DNA from: Vitrella brassicaformis CCMP3155
Lineage: Eukaryota > Protista > Chromerida
Reading direction: 5' to 3'
Length of the DNA: 63,889 bases
Assembly: GCA_001179505.1 (NCBI GenBank)
Contig: CDMY01000176.1
Coordinates: 62,001-125,889, forward strand
A program made the translations under genes and the position numbers. Below, piece after piece: positions 1-10,376 of the stretch. The notes beneath the pieces are model-generated. The model had not been told where the DNA came from. It did not search any database and worked only from the letters and a program-made list of their open reading frames with translations. Position 1 is the stretch's first letter, and each line of letters starts with the position of its first letter.

Positions 1-285
1 GCCAGGCCAGCCATCGCATCTCTTCATTCATTGCCACCAACAGCATTCACTTCATGTGTGTGTGTGTGTGTAAGCAGTATCATTATCACCAGACGAGGGC
101 GTTCCGGGCGATTACTCGTGGGGAGGAGGCAGAGCGGGTGGAGTGGCCGACCCGGTGAATGGAGAGGATTACCCCAGTAGAACCGCACAAACGCCACAGC
201 GGGCGACAAACACGGCCACAGGTGACCGCCAGACACCACACACACACGGGGGCAGCACCATGGCTCTTTTTCTTTCCCTCTGCAG

Positions 286-1331
286 ATATATCCTCGTGGA
301 GCACCCCTTATGCGTGTGACGAGCGTCTGTTCCACCTAGAGCAGCAGCAGCGGGCCCTGATCCACGACAAGAAGATGCTGCAGGAGGAGCTGAGCTACCT
401 CAAGGCCACCGTTCACAAGCTGGCGGCGGTGGTGGAGCCCATGTCGCTCACGGACGGAGGCAGCACCCTCATGATCAGCGGCGTGAACGTCAAGATAGTC
501 AACGGAGAGGGCGCCACTGACACGGCCAATGGGAAGGGTACGTTGTGGCAGGTGGTGCATCACTCTTTCCTGCATACGTTTCTTGCTTGGTACGGTGTCA
601 GGTAATCTGATATTTGGGTATGAGGACTGCCAGGGCGAGGTGGCCACTAGCGATGCTGCTGGTGGGGGGACAATGGAGACCACATATGACAGCAGCAGCA
701 AAATCAGTTCCGCCCCACGATTCCGCCGTACCGCCGAGAACGGCCAGAACGGCCACACCTCACTCTTGGAGGACCGCTCTGGCTCACACAATCTGGTGGG
801 TGTCTCGTCTCCTCCACAGCTCTGCCTGTGCGTTCATTCTTGCCTGTGTGTGGTCGGTGTGGCTGTGTTCAGATAATGGGATGCGGCAACAGCTACTCGT
901 CATATTCGTGCATCCTCAACGGCATCCACAACCACGTCCACAGCCCGTTCTCGTCCATATTCGCGGGGGCACACAACACCATCCACCGCGCCACACCCGC
1001 ACCCGCACCCTATGTCACCCCCTACGGCCCTGGTCACTCGTGCATCCTCACGGGCAACCATGGCACCATTCACGGAGACAGAAACGCCATTATCACCGGC
1101 CATCAGAACAAGTGCAGCATGGCCTTCGGCACCGTTGTCAGCGGCCAGGAAAACTCGGTCGGTTACGGCGGCTGCGTGACGGCGGGGAGGAGGAACAAGG
1201 TGGAGGAGAGCTGGAGTGTGTGTATGGGTGGCCAGGGCAACAGGGTGGTGGATGGGGCTGTTTATGGGGTGTGCGTGGGGGGCAAAGACCACGAGATGGG
1301 CGAATCTGGTGAGGTGGGCTGTTTGACATGA
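286..1331 (+). CDS. Coiled-coil + GxxN-repeat beta-solenoid protein of bacterial type (3 exons seen; 5' end uncertain or outside the window)
   Basis: Exons 286-537, 602-795 and 873-1331 splice in frame at GT-AG sites, giving ...GVNVKIVNGEGATDTANGKGNLIFGYED...RSGSHNLIMGCGNSYSSY followed by ~14-15 aa repeats (SCILNGIHNHV, SSIFAGAHNTI, NAIITGHQNKC, GTVVSGQENSV, GCVTAGRRNKV, SVCMGGQGNRV). Confidence 0.75.
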
Positions 1332-1620
1332 GGCAGGTGAGGTGGGCACGGCACACTCTGTTTTAGGTGGGTGGGGTGGGTGGAATGAACGGTGATCTGA
1401 TCAGCTGTGGAATGGACGAGCTAGTTAAGACGTTTGTCCATCGATGTGTGAGTGTGTTCGGGTCGGGTGTGTGCAGCTGATGCCATGCAGACAGACCAAG
1501 CTTCATGTTAGTTATTGTACAGCGTGTCCGATTTACAAACGAATGAATGAATCCTCACGCACAGCACATGCCACCACGCACCCCGACCCCAAAGCAACCA
1601 ACCAACGGCGAAACCACTAG

Positions 1621-2967
1621 CTAGTTATCCTCCGGCCCCAGCTCCGCCCCACACCCGTCATCCATGTCTTCGTCCACATCCCCTCCGTCATCGCCATGCA
1701 TGTCAGGCGCCACAACCACAGTGGCGTCCTCCTGCGGCTGATGCACCTCCTCACCCACACGACCCTCGCTCACAACGGTCAACGGGCCACCCTCATCTGG
1801 AACCACCATGTCATGCGGCTGCTGCTGCTGCTGGTGGTGGTGGCCATGCTCGACGACGGCGCTTCTAGTGTCGGGGGGCGGCAGCTGCTGATCTTGCGGA
1901 TGGTGCTGGTGCTGGTGGTGGGGGTAGCCGTTGATGCTGGGTGGGGTGTAGGTGCCGCCACCGGCCCCGCTGCCTTGCTCGGTGTGGTCATCGATGAATC
2001 GGATAAAGTCCAAGATCTGCGGGAACTTCTTGCCGGCGTAGTGAATGGCGGCCTCGCCGCGATACATCCACGCCTTGTACTCACGCCGCACGCCATCCTT
2101 CCCCCTCATGAAGTAAGAGGCCGTGTCCATGGCTGCACTCACACACGCACACAAGCATGGCAAGCATGGCATGGAGGCAGACAGCGCGCGATGCGATGTG
2201 CGTGGTGTGGACAGACAAGTGTGTGTTAGTTGCTGAGATCCCTCCCTCCCTCCAGACTACGTACGTGAGGATGAGTTGATTTGTGGCTGCGATGCGATAG
2301 ACGTCTCGTGGGAGGGGGCGGCAGCCATCGACGGGGGCATGGGGGGCGGGGGGAACATCAGCCCGCCTGTGGGCAGGGGGGGCGGCTCTGGCAGAACCGA
2401 AAACTGATCACCTACACAGAGTAAAACAACACAAGCACACAAACCACGATAGTCCATCAGGTCAGAGTGCCGTGAACTGCGTCGTGTTCTCTCATCTCAG
2501 CCGTGCTTACCTTCCTTGGTGGTCTCGCCGAAGATGTCTTCATCGGTGAGGTCCCCACTGCCCGGCCCGCTGGTGGCCCAGAACCTCGCAGGCAGTGTCA
2601 GCACCGGTCCCCTGCCGTCTTGCTGCCCCTGCTCGCCGACGTCGTCCTTGCCCAGATCTGCCCATCCCATAGCTGACGATGATGCCGGCTCCTCCTCTGA
2701 CGATGGGAAGAGGCTGTCAGGTATGTTGATGCTCACGGATGCGTCAGCTGGAGGCTCGTGTTGGTCGCTGGCCGCGGCGGGATGAACGCCTTGCTGCCTT
2801 TGTGTGCTGTTGTCGAATGGGCTGCGCTGGGGTGCGGGGATGAAGTCATCGTCGTCGTCGTCTTGTTCTGTGCGTGTGGAAGCCACTGGGTGTTCGTTGA
2901 TCAGCACTGCGTGCTCCTGATCTGATGGCTGCTGGGTGACACGAGATGATGCGCCTTCTTCATCCAT
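1621..2967 (-). CDS. Hypothetical low-complexity protein (acidic/Pro/Gln-rich) with a short globular segment
   Basis: ORFs 2497-2967, 2257-2457 and 1621-2172 can be joined at GT-AG sites (donor at 2510, exon restart at 2411, exon restart at 2132). No clear family. Confidence 0.6.
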
Positions 2968-3019
2968 TTTGCTGTTCTTCTCGCCGCAGATAGCTCGCAG
3001 GGTAGCCTAGGGTACTGCC

Positions 3020-3029
3020 TGAAACCGCT
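3020..3029 (+). promoter_or_regulatory. Candidate promoter element TGAAACCGCT (copy 1)
   Basis: Lies in the divergent gap between ATG 2967(-) and ATG 3162(+). Shares the 14-mer CCTGAAACCGCTGC with the copy at 48603-48616. Confidence 0.5.
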
Positions 3030-3161
3030 GCAGCCACGGCTCCTTTGAGGAGAAAGCGGGGCTTGAGGATGGTCAGAGCGACGAGCATTCCATCGACGAC
3101 CCCCCCATTCCCCAGATCTGCGTCCTCGCCGCATCTCTCAGCGAGCATATCACGCCGAACC

Positions 3162-4315
3162 ATGAAGAACACCTGGAGGCGGGGCAGCGGCAGCCTCCTC
3201 TGCACAGGGGCATTTGTCATCTGCCTGTGGTCTTTGCTGGTGACCGCTGGAGCCTTTCATCTGCGGCCGACCTCAGTGCTTGTGGCGAGGGGGAGAGTCG
3301 GCTTCCCTGCCCTGGGAGGGATGCAGCTGCAGCGATTGAGATCAAGGTGGGCCGCGTTGGCCACTCGCTGAGATGCTGACGCTCGGATCTGGCTCATCCC
3401 TCTCATGCTCCTCGGCGCGTCACGCGTGTCTGTGGTGTGTGGTGTCTGTCAGGCCTGTGTGGGGTGGGAGCCATCTTGTGTTGTCGATGGCCGACGATGA
3501 CGACGACGATGACGAGGATGAGGACGAGGAAGAAGAGGCTGCCGAGGAGGAGGAAGAAGAAGAGGAAGGTGCGCGAGGGAGCGACGCCACTGCATCTTCA
3601 TGCTCGTGTTCTTATTGTTCTGTGTGTGTGGGGGGTGCTGCAGCGAAGGATGAGCTGCGTGTGGGCAAATTCCGCACCACCTGGAAGATCGGCAACGTTG
3701 AAGAGGTCAGACGACGACCGCCGAGTACACGGCGTACTGACTCCATGGGTGTGTGTGTGTTGTGTCCCATGTGTGTTGCAGAAGCTGCGTTGGCACTGGC
3801 GCGAGATGAAGTCGCCTCCCCTCCGCACATCCCGGTTCCCCTTCATGGGCACTCGCGGATTCCAGCTCAAATTCTGGCCAGATGGGAATGACTCATCCAA
3901 GAAGGGGTGAGGGACGAAGCACCACGAAACAACACACATGGGGATGGTGGCCCATTCATTCATTCTACTCTTATTTTGATGGATGGTCTGTCTGGTCTGG
4001 TGCATCAGGTACTGTGCTTTGCACCTGCACTACCCGGAGAACTGGGGTGCCCTGACCCAGCCCATCACTCTCTTCGTCGGCCCGTACAAGAGGGGACCTC
4101 TGACCTACCGATCCCAGGAATACTGGAAGGTCAGCAAACCACACCACAGACACCAAGTGACTCACATTCATATGGGCCCCTGTGTTGTGTGCTCATGCCT
4201 GTCTGTTTGTCTGTCTGTCTGTGCACTGCAGGCTGCGATGTCGCTGTGCCGTCTTGAGGATCTGGATCTGTCCAGCGATGAGCTGGAGGTCGGCGTCGAG
4301 GTCGGCACGGCGTGA
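3162..4315 (+). CDS. MATH (TRAF-like) domain protein with a bipartite signal/transit-like leader and an acidic tract
   Basis: Introns 3347-3452, 3569-3643, 3706-3781, 3907-4008 and 4130-4231 give one frame: MKNTWRR...CLWSLLVTAGAFHLRPTSV...MADDDDDDDEDEDEEE...TTWKIGNVEEKL...TSRFPFMGTRGFQLKFWPDGNDSSKKGYCALHLHYP...DELEVGVEV. This matches the MATH pattern W-x-I-x-N ... S-x-x-F ... F-x-L-K-F-x-P-x-G ... Y-x-A-L-x-L. Confidence 0.8.
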
Positions 4316-4715
4316 CCGACGATATGTGTCTGTCAAGGGCATCGCATCCGTCCATCCCATCCACCTTTCGAGTGGCTGCTGAGCTGATATGCACCAGCCA
4401 GCGATGCATGCATGCCTCGAGAGCTGAGTGAGAGATGTTGTGTGTCATTTCAACAAGGCGACCAGTGAGTGGTCTGACGAATGAAGCTAGCTGTGAATGG
4501 ACTCACTCGACGAGTGAGCTGCGCTGCATCTTGATGCGTCAATGCAGTGCGACAGACACGAGTGAGTACACACAAGTTATTGAATCAATCTACACAAGGT
4601 AAACAGGTCCCTCCACTCGCTGCGCGTACACACAGACACGTATGTATCCGAGCAGCGATCCCCACTCCACCTATTTATTGCACAAACTATCCATACACAC
4701 GCGGCAACAGCGATG

Positions 4716-7700
4716 CTACGACACGAGGGGCGAGAATAGCGTGTCGGCCGCCTCGGCCGTCCCCAGCAGCAGCTCACAGGCCTGTCTGAAGTCGTCACCT
4801 AAGCTATTCACATGCTGCCCACCGATGGCCAGGAGAAGTAGGTCGTCCACATCGTGACCGCGAATCGACCTCGAGTACGCGACCGTCTCCCTCGCGGCCG
4901 CCAGGGCCTCCTCCTCGCCCCGCCTGCACATGTTGAGCACCATGCACCGCCACGCCAGCAGCCGCAGCACCAGGAGGCTGCCGCCTTGCTCCTCCATCTG
5001 TCGGGCCTCCTGCAGCAGCTCGTTCACCATCTGCAGCCCCCTCTCGCCGTGTACGGGTGACCCGACGCACCCCTCCACCTTGCGGTGTGCAGATGGAGTA
5101 TCCATCTTGTCCGCTGGATGAATCCACCACTCCGCTGGAATATCCATTTTGTCCAATTCTTCCCACATCTGCGCGGCGAGGGACAGCACTCGCGGGGGAT
5201 CGCATGGCGGGGGCAGCTGGTAGTATCTCGCCAGCTCGATCTCGCGCTGAGGGGATGTCCACAGCTGGTCCCAAAAGGACACCGTCACCTCGCCGCCGCG
5301 GGGGATGGGCCGGATGGCACGGACGATGAGCAGACCCTCTACTTGGTACCTGAATGACGATCACACACACACAGCCTCGGTGCTTGTGTTGTTTTATGGT
5401 ATGGGCTGACCCGACCCACCAGATGGCATTCCGCTTCTCCCCGGCGTGCTGCATCAGAGAGGCGAGTGGCCACAGGCCGCTAGTGGGGTGCAGAAGGGGC
5501 ACTGAGGGGTGGGATGCACACATCCACCAGACAGACACCAGGCACCAGACACCAGACAGCAGCGAGAGACCCATATGAATGGATGGATGGACCAAATGGA
5601 TTGCTGAGGGATGGCTCACCACACTTGCTGAGGGGGCCCAGACCACCGTGTTTGGTCAGATCGCCAACCTTGCGGAAGTTGAATGCGACCAGATCGGCCA
5701 GCCTCTCGCGGCCACCACCATCCAACGTGGCCGCGGGCGAACCGAACTCCTCCTTACCCGAACTCGAATGCATGAATCGCGGCAGCATTGGGAAGCACGG
5801 AGCCAGGCCCAACAGGGTCTCGCGTGACGGCGGCGCCGCCATGGACGACGCCTGTCCCCTGCCCCTTGGCAGACAGAACAGCTGAGAGATCTGACGAGGG
5901 TGCCAGCTGTCCTGGTCGGCGCTCGTGTATCCGAGAGAGGAAAATCCATCGAGGCCGGGAAAGACGGGCTTTTGGACGAGCAGCAGCTGCCCCACCTGGC
6001 TTATGTCCTCTGTCGCGCACAGGCTGGGCTGCTGGCCCTCGGAGTGCCGCACGGCCAACGGGCCTGCATACTCGGCCACGTCGATGGATGGCGTGGGCCG
6101 GCCGAGCTCCCTCTCCTTGCCGTTGTCCACCGCCTGCCGGTAGATGGCCGCCCAGTTGTAGACGCCCTTGGCGTTGGTCCGGTGGGTGCTGATGCGCTGC
6201 TGGAGGGTGTCGGCCTCGTTCTGCATCTGGCCCTCCGAAGCCTGATAGTGACACACGCACCCAAAGACGCATACACGGTCGCATTCTGCCCAATAGATCA
6301 ACTCACGTGTTTCTTGATGGCCTTGGCCACCACATCGGCAGCACCGAACAGCCGCTCGGCCAGCAGCCCCTTGCCCAGCCACGCGAGGCTCCTCTGCTGG
6401 ATGGTGGTCAGCTGGTGGGAAGGGCGGTGGTCCAGAAAGCTCAGGTGGAGGGCGGCAGCCGCGCAACCAACTGCGTCCGGGCCCCCCTCTTTGACCAACA
6501 ACCGCCTGAGCAGACAGAATGAGGCGTTGCTCAGCAGCGTGACGAGGGTCTCCACGTCAGCACCAGCCAGACCAGCCGTGAAGCAGTTCCGCGCCCGCGC
6601 ATACTGCTCATCGTCCTGCAGCTGCTCGCCCTCCGTCAGCGCCAGCTCCATGCACGTCGGGACCACAACTGGTCTGTCCCTCGTGCAGAGCTCCGCCATC
6701 GCGAGCTTCATCAGCCGTGTGGTGGCCTTCCTCGATGGCAGCCTGAAATCGTCGGCGTCACCAGCGGCCGCCTGCTGGCCATTAAGCCACTTGATGATGC
6801 CCTTGTACACTTGGTGTGCTGTCTGCTGGGTCAGGGCCGCCCTGCTGTCGGGTGCGAGGGACGGGGGCGGCGGCAGGATGCGGAGGGCCGTGGTGACGTC
6901 GAGGAAGGCGCTGACGTAGCTCTCGAGGGCGAAATGGCACTGCCCGCGACGGACCAGCAACTCAGCGAGAGACTCGGGGCCGCTGGATCGAACGCCCTGC
7001 AATCCAAAAGTCACTCACAGCACACATCTGATCTGTCCATTCTGTGCGTGTGCGTTCCTTTTTTTTTGGTTGCGATTAATTAGCACGCTCACATGGATGA
7101 ATACGCGGTAGGTGTCGAGACACTTGCCACTGTTGCAGAGTGCCGTACCGACAGCCGTAGCGGAAAAAGGGCTACTGGTGTGAAAAGCAGAAACAGAAAC
7201 AACAGCTCAGTTCATCGTCTTTGTGTCAGTGTCTCACACAACCCTCCCTCCCTCCCTCACTTGGCGGATTGTGACAGAGGCCGTGGGGTGTTGCTCCCCA
7301 TACACAGGCGCACCTCCTCCAGCATCGCCCCAGAAGGCCTCACACGGCCACCTTCGCGGCCGATGTCGCACGGCTGTCTGCTAGGCATGGGCGTGTCTGC
7401 ATGGCCTTGTGCGGCCAGCCGACAGGAAGCACTGCCGCTGCTGCTCGGGGCCGCTGCTGTGGGCCGCCGTCTGTCCTCGGCAGTGGTCCCGCCGCTCGTC
7501 GAGGGCCCCATGGCTGCCTCCTTCCTGTCCCCCATGACCTCATTGAGGCGCTTGCGAAGTGCGTCAGAGCGACCGACCAAGGAATGTTGGTCGGCAAAGG
7601 AGAGCGTCGACTGCACGCGAATCATCTCATTCAGCCTTTTCGTCTTCACACGCATGTCGTGGGCAGCAGCGAAGGCCACCAGAGCGTCCTCCATGGCTTC

Positions 7701-10016
7701 AACGGGCCCAGCTGCCGCCCCACGGGTGCTGCTCGAGGATGCGGCCGGACCTCTGGCGGCGGCAGACGGGGAAGATGTGAGCGGCTGAGCGCTGCTGGCG
7801 ACCTTTCCCAGAAAGGTGGACACCTGATGGAGCACACGAATGAGAAGCGAACTTCTCCCTCCCTGGTTACATACCTTGTGTGGCACATTAATGGTCGAGC
7901 CATCGTCCCCACGCTGAGCTGCCTGCAGCTGCGCGATGGAATCCAGCTGCAACACACACACACACACACACACACAGGGGCACGGTCGTAGCCGAGCGTC
8001 TTTTCTCAAGCTCTACCGACCTGCACGATTCGCTCGGCTATCCGGTTGCTACTCCAGCTTCCATCGTCTACTTGCCCATCGCCACACCTGCGTCGCACAC
8101 AGACCAGACCACATTCATGGCAAATGGGGCCATGCTGCGTGCATGCTCTATATGTGTGTGTGTGTGTGTGTGTGCGTACGAGATGAGATCGTCCAGCTGG
8201 GCGGTGATGCGCTCCACGTCGTCACGCTCCGCATCGCCTGCCGCCGCCCCCAACTCGAGCTCGCCCTTGAGCTTCATCAACAGGATGTCACACAGGGCAT
8301 CAGGCAACTTCTCCTCAGTTGCTACAGCCTGTGTCACATCACACACGGCGACCACACAGACGTGGACCGTGTCCATGCCGACCGAGTTTGCCTGCCTGTG
8401 GTGCCATTCATGCTCGCCTGTGCGTCGTTGAAGAGCACGTCGTCGATGACGTCCATGCAGCTGCCCAAAACGTCGGGAGCTTTGGGGTGAGGCGGACCTG
8501 ACGCAAGCAGCACTCCACGGTCAGCCAGCACACTCGTCGCCGCACGGACAAATCCAGCCCGAACTAATCGGCGCACGCGCCTCTCACGCACTTCGGGATC
8601 AAGGGTGGTCTCTGATGTAATGCCAGACAGTGTTGGGGGATGCTTTCATGCCTCCCTCTCTCGTGTGGGTGCATCGCTCACCAGCGATGCGGATGGGTAT
8701 CTGCAGGGCCATGGCTACCACATCTGCGCTGCACTTGGCCGCCTCCAGACTCTCAATCATCAGCGATGCGACGGCCTGCAGCAGGCTCCTTTGGTCCGAC
8801 ATCTGAACCGTCACCCGCTCCAGGGCTGCATAACACGACCACAGATGGCACTAGTGGCAGACGCAACAGGCAGACACGCAAGAACATACAGCGTACCGTC
8901 GTCAAATCTGTCCATCCACCCAGGTTGGTCGCCCCCATCGTTCTCCCAGTCGTGTGTCTCAGTGACGCTCCACATGCCGTACGCCACGGACCCGAGCAGT
9001 CCCGTGGCCATCCACTTGACCGCCGGCTCGACAGACGGCGACGCCACTACACTGATGAGCTCCTCCACCTTGCTCGTCATGTGCTCCTGAAACGCCCGCA
9101 GCAGCTCACCACTCGCACCTGAACACCATACTCAGACCAACTCGGGCAACTGAGGTGACGCATCGTAGGCGGCCTCCATCCCTACCTTCTGGCTCCACAT
9201 CGTAGGCCCTGCGCGGCTCCTGACGGGCCTCTCGCGGCGCTGCGATGCGCTTGAGGTACCTCATCACGCCGCCAAAGAGTGCGTCAAATCTGGAGCGCTT
9301 CTGCTCGGTGGAAAGCGCCTCCGTCAATACGACCTTCACGCTAGTGCGAAGAGACGCAGCCATGACGAGGCGGGGAGGGTCGGGGTGCCCGTCGAAGAGA
9401 AGAGCTCCACAAGGAAGGTGACGGCATCTGCCCTCCGTGTGCCGTCTTCCTCCGCCCGTGCGATGAGCATCTGGTGGTCCGACAGGATGATAGGGTGGAC
9501 GACGCCGCCCCACTCCCTCAGCAGAGCGGAAAGCAGGCCAAACTCGGCCCTGCCAAGGCCGCATCCACCGCCCAGCCTGTCCACCGCGGCGACGAGCTGT
9601 CTGACCTGCGGCAGTGTCGACGAGAACCGGTAGCCGAGCTCCACAAGCCGCCTCAAGACCACGAGAGCCGTGTTGCCCGCCACGAGAGTCGTGTTGCCCG
9701 CAAGCCCCACGGCGATGACTGAATGCCCCGTCGCGTCTTGGAAGCACTGAATGAAGCAGTCGAGCAGGGCGTGGGAGTGCACGACTTGGAGTAAATCGCT
9801 CTGCCTCTGTTGCAGCGCCATCACCAGCTGCCTCTGCTCGATCGTGGCATGATCTCCGCGCGCCGTCAGGTAGACGCTGAGCAGGTCGAGAGGGCCCCGC
9901 CTCGCAAGGGCATCTGGTGCGGCAATGAAGGCGTCTACTGCCTCCGCCAACTTATCCACAGTGACCCCGGCACCGGCAAGTGGGGATCTCCTTCGGCTTC
10001 CGCTGCTCATCCTCAA
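4716..10016 (-). pseudogene. Large multi-exon gene: helical (ARM-like) N-terminus + TPR + degenerate SET domain (SMYD/TPR-SET-like); frame disrupted
   Basis: TPR-like helices (ELLVRRGQCHFALESYVSAFLDVTTAL; ARNCFTAGL...TLLSNASFCLL). SET N-half DVAEYAGPLAVRHSEG...ATEDISQVGQLLLVQKP and C-half GLWPLASLMQHAGEKRNAIWYQVEGLLIVRAIRPIPRGGEVTVSF. Frame breaks at 9394-9403 and ~8392-8417. That all exons form one gene is inferred from splice phases; the 7000-7310 junction is uncertain. Confidence 0.6.
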
Positions 10017-10076
10017 CGAAACCAGGCCAAGGCACCCTGAGGCTCCCCACAGCTATCTACGCCGATTCCATGAGCC

Positions 10077-10094
10077 CATTCCGTGAAACCGCTC
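10077..10094 (+). promoter_or_regulatory. Candidate promoter element CATTCCGTGAAACCGCTC (copy 2)
   Basis: 18-mer identical to 17321-17338. Lies between ATG 10016(-) and ATG 10377(+). Confidence 0.55.
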
Positions 10095-10376
10095 GTCGAC
10101 CAAAGAGGCGTCACAAAGAGCGTTTTCCCTTATCTCTCTCTTGTCGAAACATCATCTATGAGCAAAGGCGTGACAGGATCTCCTGCATTTTGCACTTCAA
10201 CGGGGCGAAGAAGCGCGACATTGTCACGCTGCTGCTGATCTGTGCTGATCTGCCCATCGCCCGGGCTCGTCCCTGTCTTGTCACGTCGTGTGCCGATCGG
10301 CTGTGCCCAGCCACGCCATTCAATCGCCCCTCGCACTCCTCCCGGGAGTGGTGCCGTTGGTCAGCCAGCAGCTATT

